A DNA stretch of 63,284 nucleotides, counting the filler, from Reticulomyxa filosa (Eukaryota > Protista > Foraminifera): the NCBI GenBank assembly GCA_000512085.1. It is 19 parts of 19 records of this genome, joined end to end, with 100 filler letters (N's around TTAATTAATTAA, not from the genome) between each part and the next. Parts side by side here need not be neighbours in the genome. Positions count along the whole stretch, not along the records: positions 5,869 to 13,207 come from ASPP01003340.1; positions 13,308 to 15,415 come from ASPP01002311.1; positions 15,516 to 22,389 come from ASPP01011968.1; positions 22,490 to 28,144 come from ASPP01023944.1; 15 more parts are not named here. The stretch is one strand, 5' to 3'. Positions 11,340 to 24,051 of the stretch are shown here, piece after piece. The translations under genes were made by a program, and so were the position numbers. The notes beneath the pieces were generated by a model, which was not told the DNA's origin, made no database searches, and saw nothing but the letters and a program-made list of their open reading frames with translations. The first letter of the stretch is position 1, and the number at the start of each line of letters is the position of its first letter.

Positions 11340-11792
11340 AATGCAAAGTAAAGTTGACACATAAAACAGCACATTATATATAATTGATTTTCTTCATGAA
11401 AAGACAACATCAGACTTAATTTTTAAAAAATATCTACGATAGTATATTTTTTAAATATTATTTTCGTTTTTTATTAAATCTTTACTAATTATTTAAAAAA
11501 TTTTATTTTCGAAAATTTTCTAGAAAAAGTTGACGATTGTGACTGTGTCGTGACAATGAAATTTGCAAACTTTTTTAAGCATTTTCAGAAAGTGCTAAAT
11601 GCGTAATCATTTAAAAAAAATATAAATAATTAAAAAACTTGAATATCGAACTATACTTAGCTAAAAAAAAATGATATTAAAAATTACAATATTAGTATAT
11701 ATTTTTTAAAAAAGTCAAAATGCTATTTTTTCGTTAAGAAAATCAATTATCTATATAATGTGCAGTTTTATATATCAACTTTACTTTGCATT
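11340..11792. mobile_element. Foldback / MITE-like element with ~125-nt imperfect terminal inverted repeats
   Basis: The left arm AATGCAAAGTAAAGTTGACACATAAAACAGCACATTATATATAATTGATTTTCTT... is the near reverse complement of the right arm ...AAGAAAATCAATTATCTATATAATGTGCAGTTTTATATATCAACTTTACTTTGCATT. No ORF. No target-site duplication identified. Confidence 0.65.
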
Positions 11793-14059
11793 ATACTTAT
11801 ATAATTTCGTCATTATTTTCTAAATTTTTAGTACAAATTTGTTTAATTGTTCATTTTTTTTTAATATGTCGATATATTGTTGCAACGTTTGAGTTAATTT
11901 ATTATAATTAATTTCCAACAATCGTATTTGTTCAAGTTAGTAACTATTATCATTCTGTAACTTAATAATTTCTATTTTGTTCTTCATTTGTACGTCCTTT
12001 TAGTCCGATACAATCTAAATTTTCGTTTTGGTCAATTTCATCTTGATTATATAATGAAAATTGTTATTTGTGCTTTTTTAAAGACAATCACTTTAAGATA
12101 TATTATCACTTTGGATTATTGTTTTTCTTGTCGATCTGATTGTCATTCTCGAGCTCACTATTATTAGTATTGTTAATGCCGAATATATCTTTATTTCTTT
12201 AAGATATCGTTTATATCATTTTTTTTCTTTATTCAATCAAACTAAAGTTAATCGCCATTTTGTTTGTAGCCTTTTGTTTAGTGACATTATATTATTATTG
12301 TTATCATATACTTAAAATTTAATACTTATTCTAATTTTACATTTTACTTAATATCTTTCATTGATCTTTTTTTCATCATTATTGTGTTTACATTTGTATC
12401 TTGTACAATTTTGCATTGTAAATGTACAACTTGCGAATTTCCAATTTGTAATTTTTTACTTACACAATCAATACTAATTTCATTTTCGATCTTTTTTGGA
12501 ATAATAATTCCATTTATAATGTTTCAGCTATAGTCACTAGTATGTATTTTTTTAAATGTATTAATATGCAAAAACTATAATTATTTAATTTTGTAAATAT
12601 TCTTTTAAATTTTCTAAGATCTCACTAATTATAATATTTAGCTTAAATATAAATTTTTATGTAATTATTACATCTACAAATTTTCTTCAATTGTTATATG
12701 GCAAAATTTTGTATACGTATTTGAATAAAACAACGTGCATGTACACATTGTATACAATATCATAAAGCATTCAAGATGCCAAAGCAACAGATGATAAATC
12801 ACAACTTCCACATGACCAAACGCAAAGTCAGTATCGAGGGCTAAGTACCATTGGTCATATTTTAACGAAAAAATAATACTATTATTAAATATTGATTTTA
12901 GAGCATATATTCAAATATTGTAATCATCACGGCTTCGTTCTGACGTAGGAGTATCTCTACAAAATACTCAATTTTAAAATGTAAATAAGAATATTTGAAA
13001 CAATTAAAATATTTATCTAGAGGGAGTTATATTTGTTAATCTGATGTCATTTTGATGCCACGATCTGAAATAACATCACACTCCTGAGTGCACGTTCTTG
13101 AAGGATTATGTAATAAAAATGGCGTCTTTTTGTAGCCACATGTATTGGAGACACGACAATTTTGTGATTTATTTCACAATTGATAAACAATAAAGAAAAA
13201 AAAAAAANNNNNNNNNNNNNNNNNNNNNNNNNNNNNNNNNNNNNNNNNNNNTTAATTAATTAANNNNNNNNNNNNNNNNNNNNNNNNNNNNNNNNNNNNN
13301 NNNNNNNCTTAGACATTGCCAATTAAATATGCAATAACTAGCATTAAAAAAATTATAATAAGAATGTTTTCACCAAAAACCATTTGGAATATAGAATTAA
13401 CTTGTAATATACGTGATATATTCAATTTTTAACAAATTTTTCTTCTTTTTATCTCAAATGTCTTTTTCTTTTACATCATTTCTTTAATCTTAAAAGAATG
13501 ACTACTTCAATACAACAAGCATTAGTAGGTCTCAATTTAATCTTGAGAAACTACTTGCCTTTAGGTTATTATTATCTGTAATTGTGATTAATAAAATCAA
13601 TTTAATACATATGCCAATATTGCTTGAAAAAAAAACTAAAATTTGAAAAATATTGAATTTTTGGAATTTAAAATCTTTATGTTGCTTGTGGAAGTAAATG
13701 AAAAATTCAAAGTAATTAGATTCAAGATTTGAGTTTATCGCTATCACGAAATCAACTTTTATACGCAAAGCAGCTTAAAAGCTTTGCGTTTGAGTTTTTC
13801 AAAAAGAAGTTTCATTTGTATTAGTGTTTATATTCTTTGTAATTGATATGCATTTCTGCTTTCTCAAAAGTATTAAATATCAAATTCAATTTTAGTACAA
13901 ATATCTTATTAAAAGGGTACAAAAATATTAGGAAAGACCTTTTTTTCTTAAATGGCTAAAATTCCAAAAAATATGTCAAACAACAATCCAAAGAATAAAC
14001 TTAATAAATTATAAAATGAAAATCAAAACAAAACTTCATTCATCATATCCCCAAACACG

Positions 14060-14360
14060 AATTAAATCTTTCATTGAGCCATAATATAGATGAACACCAC
14101 TGTCATCTTTTAATTTTTTTTCATTGTCATTTAATTCTTTTTCAATAATATGAATTTAAGACAGAATATTCCATCTTCTTTGCCATCTCCATTGATCACA
14201 CAGTTTTTTCTTATTTGATCGATATCTCAAAAACAAATAGTATTATCTTCTGATCCAGAACATATCACATCGAATTACCACTGGCAACTTCATCAGTATT
14301 CTTTATTACAAATGGTGAATATTCAACATCATAAATATAATTTTTATATCTATTGAATTT
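14060..14360 (-). pseudogene. WD40 gene C-terminal remnant
   Basis: The minus strand reads VEYSPFVIKNTDEVASG...VICSGSEDNTICF*DIDQIR..., with stops and frameshifts. Confidence 0.7.
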
Positions 14361-15515
14361 GTTGACCAGTAAATTTGAAAAGCAGACAACAAAGTAAGGA
14401 CAGTTCTTTCGATCAATAAATGCACTTTGAAAAGAACTGGACTAAAAAATTTTACTCAAACCAATAGTGAATCATTGCAGATGGAACATCAACAAAGTAA
14501 GAATATTAGTGATTTTTATCAACCAAAGCATATATTAACTTAATAACTACAATGAAGTTATTTTTTAATATGCTAAGTTATTTAACAATCTAATATTTAA
14601 CTTAATCAAAGCGTTTAAAGGAACGAACATTCTATATGAGCATTCTGACTACATAGTGAAACAGTGAACTTTGACCATAGCAACAGAGTTTGACATTTCA
14701 TAAACATGTTTATTACATGGAATGGAGTTCGAAGCATAATGATAAAATTAGGACAGATTAATAGTTTGGGTGTATTTGTTGTCATATTTTAACTGACAAC
14801 AATTCAAATTTGACAAAACATATTCAATTCTTTTATTTAATAATATTTCGAAGAGAAGAATTAAAAAGAAAGTTCAAAAATGGCTCAAAATAACGTGTGG
14901 AAAGTCTCAATTCTCAAAGAGGGCAAGACTTAGTAAATGGAAAGAAGATTAAAAATCCAAAAAAAAAATTTGAGAAATGGAAGACCTAAATACGATTGAA
15001 GTAAATATTCTTGTCAACGTGGATCAAGTTATGCTTCAATGAGTTTTTTCTTCAAAAAAGACTTTAAAGATCGCGTATTTTTTTAATTATAAGGGATACA
15101 AGCTTTATTTTTGGACATTTTAAATGCGAGGCTAGTTTTTTAAAACAATAAACTAGAAATATCTTATGAAGATTATCCATTTTTTATGTGAAGAAGAATC
15201 AACCTTTGAAATGTTCTTTTTAATTGATATTTATTGTCTTATCATAATAATTTTTGATTATGTGTATTTTTTAATATTTGTTAACTTTAGTTTATGTTGC
15301 TATTTTTCATAATTAAGCCCTAACAACAAATTTTAGATTGATGAATTGAAATGGAAATCAATATGTTCATCCCCAAAGACAAATTGGGCCTTCGCTTGAA
15401 CCATAACATAAATTANNNNNNNNNNNNNNNNNNNNNNNNNNNNNNNNNNNNNNNNNNNNTTAATTAATTAANNNNNNNNNNNNNNNNNNNNNNNNNNNNN
15501 NNNNNNNNNNNNNNN

Positions 15516-15552
<37 letters not shown>

Positions 15553-15556
15553 TTTT

Positions 15557-16735
15557 TTATAATATGTTGTCACAAAAGTAATAATTAAAAACTTTTAACT
15601 TAACTTTCAATTTTTTGGAGTCAAGGTCTTCTTCAATTTCTTCCAACTCTCTTTTTATCTCTTCAATCTCTTTTTTTTCGTTTTCTTCCAACATCCATTC
15701 TTTCTCGGCTTCTGTCTCTTCTTTCATCCATTCACTTACTTTTGCTTTAAAATGAGTTGCCACGGTCTTTGTTCCACTGCACCCACCAATGATATGGATG
15801 TACTTGCTGTCTTCACTCAATATTACAACACAATCAGTCAATGAAATAGGCAAAGTATGCTCAAATTTCGCCCATTTATTTTCTGTTGTCAAATACTTGT
15901 GCACTTCTTTTGAATCACAAATTTCATAACCATCTCCACCAAAAAACAAAACGAAATCTTTGATATAAATATACCCATATGAATACAATGGTTTAATATT
16001 TGTACAAACACGTAATTTATGAAATTGAAAAGTATTGCTTTCTTCATTGTATTGTATCAATAGGCCCGTATTTTTACAAAATAACAACAGCTCATATATT
16101 CTTTTATTTGTCTTTATTGTCGATAATTCGTTGTCTGTCTTTGACAAAAAACAATGATATTTTGTCCAATTGTCAGGTTCAGATGGTACAATATCTTGCT
16201 TAAGGAATTGAAGTGTATTCAAATCGAACACGTCAATATTATTCGGAAAAGATGTAATAAACAACAAATGGTTATTGCTACCGCTAATCACTGCACGTGC
16301 CCCACGATATTCATCCTGTTCTCTACCAATATAAATGGGCTTGTTTGCTTTGTTTGTAAAAGGAATCCATTCATTGCAACGATTTGTTTTTGCAATATTC
16401 ATTAAACCTTCTTTACCGTTGTCATCCCAAACACTCACATAATTCATCACCAATGTATGTTTTTCCATATATTTGCCTTCTCCACCAAAAGATAATAAAG
16501 TTATTGCATTGGAATTATTGTTATGCACATATTTCATCACACAATGTCCATTTAATTCAACACCATCTGGATAAGAGCAAATGTACTTGTATTCGTTCTT
16601 CAGTATGTGATAGGAATAGCAGTCTTTTTCATATGCTCCTCCACAAATGAGAATTTCATGTTTGTGTACCACACATTGAGTAAGACGGAGCGGTATTGGT
16701 AAAGAGGCTAAAGTTTCGAAAGACCTAACATCCAT
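15557..16735 (-). CDS. Kelch-repeat beta-propeller protein, 3' partial
   Basis: LPIPLRLTQCVVHKHEILICGG, ITLLSFGG, FVLFFGGDG...WAKFEHTLPISL, YIHIIGG (kelch GG..W pattern), followed by a coiled coil; probable intron donor near 15605. Confidence 0.85.
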   Translation of the reverse strand: MDVRSFETLASLPIPLRLTQCVVHKHEILICGGAYEKDCYSYHILKNEYKYICSYPDGVELNGHCVMKYVHNNNSNAITLLSFGGEGKYMEKHTLVMNYVSVWDDNGKEGLMNIAKTNRCNEWIPFTNKANKPIYIGREQDEYRGARAVISGSNNHLLFITSFPNNIDVFDLNTLQFLKQDIVPSEPDNWTKYHCFLSKTDNELSTIKTNKRIYELLLFCKNTGLLIQYNEESNTFQFHKLRVCTNIKPLYSYGYIYIKDFVLFFGGDGYEICDSKEVHKYLTTENKWAKFEHTLPISLTDCVVILSEDSKYIHIIGGCSGTKTVATHFKAKVSEWMKEETEAEKEWMLEENEKKEIEEIKRELEEIEEDLDSKKLKVKLKVFNYYFCDNIL

Positions 16736-18208
16736 GTTTGTGCTTCTTTCTTGTTGATAGGATCTATATTTTTACTGGTTCAAAAGTGCAGTAAAAATTT
16801 AGCTACTATATATTATTTGAAAAAAATGAATTGTTATAAAATGCTGGGCATAAACCCCTATCACATGAAAACTCATAAGTTTAAAGGCTACAAAGCGCAA
16901 AACTGCAACAAAAAAATTTGCAAATTGCAAACAATGATTACTTTTCTTTGCAACATCAGTACAATTAAATTATGTCTATTATCACTTTTTTAAATAACCA
17001 ATTTATTTGTCTTTTCTTTCCTTTGCATGCCACTCTTTAAATATCTTTGCAAAAAGGAAAATGAGTCATTACTATGTAATTTTCGAAACTTACTAACGTT
17101 TTCCTTGTTACTGCATAGTTGAAATAATTATTGTCAGCATCCACAAATAAGTATTTAACTCAACCGAACATGATACAATAAGTTGGTAAAAATACAATTT
17201 TAAAATAATCTATTGTATTGACACTGATCGATTTTATTTGTTAAAATGAATATTATAACTACATATTCCGATCAAATATGTTTTAAATACTTATCAGTCA
17301 CCAATTCATCATGGTTACATAACTGATTTAAAGATTTTAAATAAAATATTTGTGAATTGTTTTCAATTATCTATAACTGTGTTTGTGAAGCATTTTTTTC
17401 ATTATTACAGAAATATCGTAAATATTATGAATAAAATTAACACAAACAACTACCAATCATTTCTAACAGTAGATAAAAGCAAATCGAACTAATTGTGAAT
17501 TATTTTTATTTAGTGCATTTCATAGAAAGTTAATTTGAGTTTCTTATTCGCATAGTTGACTTTGTATTATGTTAATCCAATATTGTAGAAATCAGTCGTA
17601 CAAAATTCTAAATATTTTTTCCTCGAATAAGATAGTAGTCTTAGTTTCAAAATTATTCTCTAATATACTTATGGAACGTGTGCAAAATAATAAGAAAATT
17701 TTTTTCTTTAAATTTTTTTTCATTTTCAAGAGTAAACTTTATCTTTTAAAGCAAATGAGTACTCTTTTAAGTTGGATTTCCAAAAGTGGAAACTATATAC
17801 CTAGATAACAATGTGCGCATTCTAGCAAAAAGAAGCTTATGAATTCGTCGTTGTTGATTTAGTATAAATCAATCAAAAGTTCGACATGAGAGAACTACCA
17901 AACAACCCATCCAAAACATTAACTTTCGTCCTGGTATGGTCCCAAACAAAAAGAGTTAAAAAAAAAAAGAAAGGAAAAAAACTTTTTTTATTATTCTTTT
18001 CCACAGTTGTTCAACAAACACAAATGACACAACAGGGGAAAAAAACAATCTTTTTCCCTGCCCTCGCTACCCCTCCCTTCCTTTTCCCAAAAAAAAAAGT
18101 AATTTTTTTTTCCTTCAATTGTTTTGGGCCACACAAAGTTGAGTCAATTTTTTTTATTCTTATTCTTATTAATTTTTTTGTAAAGTTTTTGATTTAAAAA
18201 AAATTTTT

Positions 18209-20961
18209 TTACTTTCTTTTTCTAACATCATTGTGATCTGTTGACTCAAATCGAAAGGCATTTTTATGCATTCTTTTTTCCTTTCTACTTTCTTTTTGAA
18301 TCCTTGCCGATTTCTTGGACGTTTTTTGTTTTTTCTCTTTTTCCGTCTTTTTTTTTTTTTTTGAAAATGTGTTCCAACATATATGTACGTATATGGTATA
18401 TATGTATATGCAACTGAACATTAAAAAAAAGGTATAAGGAAAAAACAAAACTTTGTTGAGTGTTAGAGCAAATAATTCTTGTGCGTCTATCTGCAATCGT
18501 GTTTGTACTTTTTTGTTTTCTTTCAAGTGGACTTGCATTCCACCTTTCAAAATATCTTTGACACGATAATAGGGTATACATTCGGACCACCCTTGCAACT
18601 CGATCTCATTTCCTTGCAACTTGATCGCTACATCGGGTTTCCAGTGTTCACTCACGGACCGCACAAAGTCTCGAAACTCTTGTCTTTGTTTTTTCATTTC
18701 GCTACTTTTGCGTTTTTTATCAGACTCATCTCGCAACTTCACAAACTCTCCACAATGCTGTCCCATTCAATTGGCTGCAAAGCAAATATTCAATTCAAGT
18801 TAAGAGAAGAGATAACATATACATATATATATATATAATATATATGCATATATGCATACACACCTCGAGTTCATATTCTTCGGCCAAATCTTGGTCAGGT
18901 AACGCTTCTTGATAAGAAGTGATGAGCAAGGTCAAGGCCTCCCCAGCGGCACAACGTAGCCCAACATCGTGCGCAAGGAGTAGAGGAGTCAACTCCGGTT
19001 CATACGAGTCAAGTAAGGAAGCAATGCCTCCCAGAGGCAGGCCGCTTATTAACCAAATCCAGTTTCGCAATGCGCTTGCTTTTGTCTTGGGATTGGTGTT
19101 TAGTTTACGTAATTGAGATTCTAAAAACCAGTCTTTTTCCTCTTCTTCTTCTTCTTCTTCTTCTTCTTCATCCTCTTCTTCTTCTTCGTTCTCTTCTTCT
19201 TCTTCTTCATCCTCTTCTTCTTCTTCGTTTTCTTCTTCTTCTTCATCTTCTTCTTGTGCGTCATGCGGAGCTGTTGTTACTTCTTCAGACTTTTGTTTTT
19301 GTGTCTTTGTCTTTTGCTATTTCCATTGGACATGAGTTTCATATACATATGTGTGTATATAATTTTATCGGCTCAGAAATAAGATGAGCACTTTTTTTTT
19401 TTTTTTTTTTTTTTTTTGTTGAGAAGAAATGGATGTGAGTTGGAGAAGGAGGACCAAACATTGTTGCCATTCGTTTCAGAATGGTTATCATCATCATCAG
19501 CATTTCCTTTCTTTTGCTTTTGTGTGGAGGGTAAGTGGATCATTGAAGCAGCTGCTTTTGCTTCGTCAGTCAATGGAGTTTTCCACAGCTTTTCGAGGAA
19601 CTGCAGAGTGATTTGAATGTGAGCTGTGTTGTCGGAAAGCCATACAACAAATGTAAACGCGTTCATTGCCTACCAATTGTTGTATTTCGTTGTCGATTGT
19701 TATTTCATTTGTTTCTCAGCAATTGTATACATAAACATAAACATATACATATATATACGTGATATGTGTTTATGTATATGCTTTACTACAACAAATAACA
19801 ACAACAGAAATGAAAATAAAAGTCGAAGAGATCAGTACCCAGTTATTGACACTGGTATTTGTCGCTTCGAAAATCAATTTGATCAAAATCGCGCGGAGAT
19901 CTTGAAAGAACATGCTCAAGTCTGTTTGTGCTGTGGCCGCGACCAATGCGACTGTTTGTAGTGCCAGACATTGTTCTGTCGCGTCGCCGCGTTTCAATGA
20001 ATAGTTCAGCAATTCCGAGAATTTGTGCAACCTTTTTTTTTTTCAGAGATTGTTTTTTTTTTGACATTCAACTTTAAAAAAAAAAAAAGGGGTTACTAAA
20101 AAACTTTTTTTTTTTTTTTTTTGTTGGGAATGAAGACTCAATTGTTTGTCTTCAAAAAAAAAACAAAAACAAAAAAAAAACAAGGGATCGTTAAATAACT
20201 TGTCATGATTCATAACAAAGTAATCATCAAATAGCCGATGGCAAAACATATATGTCATCTTCTCCAATGCTTCGATTCTCTCTGCTGAGCTAAAGGTACA
20301 AAAAAAAAAAAAAAACAATGAACAAGCAACCTCAAAAAAAAAAAAAAAAAAATCCCCCCTTTTTTTTATGTCTCTCTGGCAAAGGAAAAACTCAACTCTT
20401 TACTTGCGAACATTTCCAAGGCGGTGTCCATGTTGTGGATGGCATTGCCTTGTTCCATCGCCTCGTCCAAAGCCTCGTTTTGGGCGGCGAGATACTGACA
20501 GTAGCGTTCTCCGAGAGCGAGGCGGTCTCAACGGCATTAGTACTCGAGGTCATGTTGATCGTGTTGGTGATGGCAACCTCGTCGCCAATGCCAATGGACA
20601 TATCCAAACTTTTTCGTCGTCCGGTTGGTACTTTCGACGTGTCCTCGGAAAATTGCAAGCTTTTATCGAAACTCTCCAGTATGTCCTCCGTTGATGTCTT
20701 CGCTTGATGTGGTCGCGATGACTTTCCACTGCTCTTCCATTGCTCTGGCTCTTCGTCGCTCTCGCTCTCTGTTCTCTCTTTTTTATGACTTTGCGACTCG
20801 TATTTGTTTCGCTTATGCTTCTTACTCGTCGCCTCGTCCAATGGATGCTTCGGTGCTGGGAGCTCCAGGTCATCATCATGCTCATGCTTTCGTGCTGGCG
20901 TTTTTTTATGTTGTTGTGCAAATTTTTGTTTCAAAAATTTTCGACCTTTATCTCGCGGCAT
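18209..20961 (-). CDS. IFRD: Interferon-related developmental regulator (IFRD1/IFRD2-family) protein, multi-exon, with two apparent 1-nt frameshifts
   Basis: SLKRGDATEQCLALQTVAL, LRNWIWLIS...LLLAHDVGLRCAAGEALTLL, DESDKKRKSSEMKKQRQEFRDFVRSV and YYRVKDILKGGMQVHLKEN match the IFRD and IFRD_C motifs in order; GT-AG introns such as 18347-18451. Confidence 0.85.
19138..19255. repeat. Imperfect (CTT)n tract encoding poly-Glu in the IFRD gene
   Basis: CTT repeats with a higher-order CTTCATCCTCTT / CGTT periodicity. Confidence 0.9.
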
Positions 20962-21762
20962 TTTTTTAATATTATTTGCTTTACTTTTATACTACGAACT
21001 TTTTCTCTTACACTTTTCACTCTACTTTCCCCGTCCACTCTCCTTCAGTGTCTTCTTTGGCTGACGCTTTCATAACCTTCTTTTCCCTGGGAAAAACTAA
21101 TCAAAAAAAACAAAACAAGACCCAGTTAAAAACAAGCTTTTATCATTTCCACACAAAAAATATAGACAAATGTAAACATGCTTCATTACATTTCTAACAA
21201 ATGCAGCTTACATTATGATAAAATCAAATTCAAAGCAGTCTGTCGATGTTTACTGATTTGTTCCAGAAGACAGCGAAAATTAAAGACTGACTTGGCTTCG
21301 TCTGATGAAAGATATTATTTTAGTTTCTCCGACATGTTTACGATATATTAATTAGGTGTTGGAATTGACGAGCAAGACCGTTACAAAAAAGTTTAAGAAA
21401 AACTAATGAAAAATTAGTCACAGTAGTGGAGTCAGTTGATCTATTGAGAATCAAGTCGAACAGCTTTCGACAATATATTTTGTTGAAGCTTTGAGATTTT
21501 TTCTAGCAAAAAAAAAATGTCACCAAGAAATATTAGATCAAGTTTTAATTGTGCTGTATAAAAATTACGTGACTTAATTAATCAAAAAAAAGGTACAAAT
21601 TTTCTTGAGTTATTTAAAAAAAATTTTACATAAGTAGTTCAAATTTACAACTGCCAGATATAAATAGTGAATATATTTGTATATTTTTCCAAAATTCCTC
21701 CGAGTAGTCGGTACAAAGGGGTTACAGGAGGAAAAAAAGTTGTTCACACTCGTGCAAACACT

Positions 21763-22389
21763 ATGAACCTGAGCGTAGTGCGTGGGGACTTATATAGTTT
21801 AATAAAGAAATCGTCATCCGAGCAACTGCTCAATGCCCTTTATAGTAGTACCTCACCAATCCGGGATCACTTTCAGCAGTTCTTGGCTTTGTCTTACATA
21901 GACTGGTCGTTAGAGCAGCAACATGGGATTGACAGTGAGAGTTTCAAAAGGCAATGGATACACGCCTTAAGACTCCATGCCCAAGGAAATGGTTTGTTGT
22001 TTTTTCTTTTTCTTTTCTCTTGCCCTTCCTTTCAAAAAAAGGGGGAGAGATATACATATACATATACATATATGGAGAAACAAAACAATAAATCAAAAAA
22101 AAAAAAAATAATATATATATATGTATATGATTTAACACAAACACAAGGCAACAACAGCAGGGGAACATCTGAAAATAAAGACCGCAGCAATGCGGACAGA
22201 ACATCACTATCACCAATCCAAACACAAGACCAAGGAGGACAAACGCCAACGCCAACGCAAACACCAACACCAACATCAACGCAAACATTACACCAAACCC
22301 AACCCCAAACATGCAGCCGTTGAACGCAAATGCAATGGCAATGAACGGCAGTCCGACAAAGGCCAGCTCGAGTTCGAGTTCTAGCTCGA
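21763..22389 (+). CDS. Hypothetical protein, 3' partial, divergently oriented from IFRD
   Basis: MNLSVVRGDLYSLIKKSSSEQLLNALY...WIHALRLHAQGN, a probable intron at ~21992-22148, then a low-complexity exon that runs into the contig end. Confidence 0.55.
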
Positions 22390-22553
22390 NNNNNNNNNNN
22401 NNNNNNNNNNNNNNNNNNNNNNNNNNNNNNNNNTTAATTAATTAANNNNNNNNNNNNNNNNNNNNNNNNNNNNNNNNNNNNNNNNNNNNACAATATACCA
22501 TTTATATTGCATTGCTTTGTACTTGCAAAAAAAAAAAAAAAAAAAAAAAAAAG

Positions 22554-23774
22554 AGATTTAAAGCCAGATAATATTCTAATCGCCAATGATGGCCACATCA
22601 AATTATCCGATTTCGGCTTGGCCAAATCGTTTCGGACGAAAAATGATGATGTCATATCGCAGTACCAACAAAAGGCGGAAACTCTAGACAAAGCCAATGG
22701 CGACGAAAAAGAAGCCGCGGATACACCTGAAAATACTCAGGCCACCCGTGCTAAATACAAAGAAAGGGACAGACAGCTCATGTTTTCCACCGTTGGAACA
22801 CCCGACTACATTGCTCCAGAGGTTTTCTCCAGACGAGGGTTTGTTTTTGTCTACTGGCTTGTTCAATGTTTGAGGTTCTCTCCCAATCAATTGCTAATTT
22901 GAAATGAAACTTATATGATGTTACAAATATATTCACATAATAAAGATACGACAAAAAAGTGGATTGGTGGTCATTGGGAGTGATAATGTATGAATGCTGT
23001 GTTGGCTTTCCACCTTTTTATGCGGAAGACCCATTGGCAACATGTCGCAAAATTGTTCATTTCCGACGCTATTTTCGAATTCCCGCAGATGCACCTTTGT
23101 CAGAAGAGTGCAAAGAATTGATCCACAATCTGATTTGCTCGCCACGCAGACGATATGGATTTGATGAACTAAAAAAACACGCCTTTTTCAAAGACTGCCC
23201 ATGGGACGACTTGATTAGTGTCAAACCGCCCTTTGTGCCAAAATTAAAACACGAAACCGATGCCTCTCATTTTGAAAAAGTGGAATCACAACAAGCTGTA
23301 GATCAGCACAAACAAGAATACAAGGCATCAAAAACGACAGGTGAAGGGAGAGATATGTTTCTGTGTCAACATAAATGAGGCTTATGTTAATTTAATTTTA
23401 AAAAAAAAAAAAAAATTAATGGGTAAAAACAAAAATTTTGTTTTGTTTATAAAATAGATAAAAATCATTTTTGGGGCTATACTTTCAAGCGTGGTTTAGA
23501 CATGAACAGTGAAGAAATACAACGAATGATAAAAGAACTGGAAGAACAAGGTTAGTTGATTGACCGTAATTATTGTGTTTTCTTTCTTCAACTGCATATC
23601 AACACAGACAGGGAAATTTGTTTGTCTTGTATAGAAAAAGGAAGAACACAGGACAAGAGCCACAACAGCGTTGATACTGATGGTAATACGACTCCAGAAA
23701 CAGTTACCAGCCCAGAAACAGTCACAACCCCACAAAGTACAAGCACACCGACTGCAAGTACCCCAAAAAATTAA
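22554..23774 (+). CDS. NDR/STK38-family AGC Ser/Thr kinase, 5' partial
   Basis: RDLKPDNILIANDGHIKLSDFGLA, a long insert between subdomains VII and VIII, FSTVGTPDYIAPEV, VDWWSLGVIMYECCVGFPPFYAEDPLATCRKIVH, and the hydrophobic motif HFWGYTFKR. Exons 22554-22838, 22946-23340, 23458-23550, 23635-23774. Confidence 0.93.
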
Positions 23775-24051
23775 TTTTTCTTTGTCCTTACGTATACCCA
23801 TCCATCTTTTTTTTTTTTCTCGTATGAACAATTAAAGTGTAAGTGTATTGAAAGAAAAAGTACAACTTTTTCCCTTTGCGAGTGACAACTTCTTTTTTCA
23901 TTGATGAAGTTGTTGGAAACAAGTTTGATTCAAAAAAATTATGTATCACGCGCAACGCGTGAAAACGGAATCAGTAACAAAAAAAAGTATTTCACAACTC
24001 AAGTTTATTTTAAATGAAAATTACCCAGACCAAACAGGGCTTTTTTGTTCA

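Noticed and set aside
13020-13080. Second hammerhead-like CTGATGT...GAAATAAC
   Set aside because: No convincing stem I or stem II and the core is altered; consistent with chance.
21667-23774. Joining the 21763 ORF to the NDR kinase as one gene
   Set aside because: They are separated by an artificial spacer, and the upstream ORF lacks NDR N-terminal and kinase motifs.
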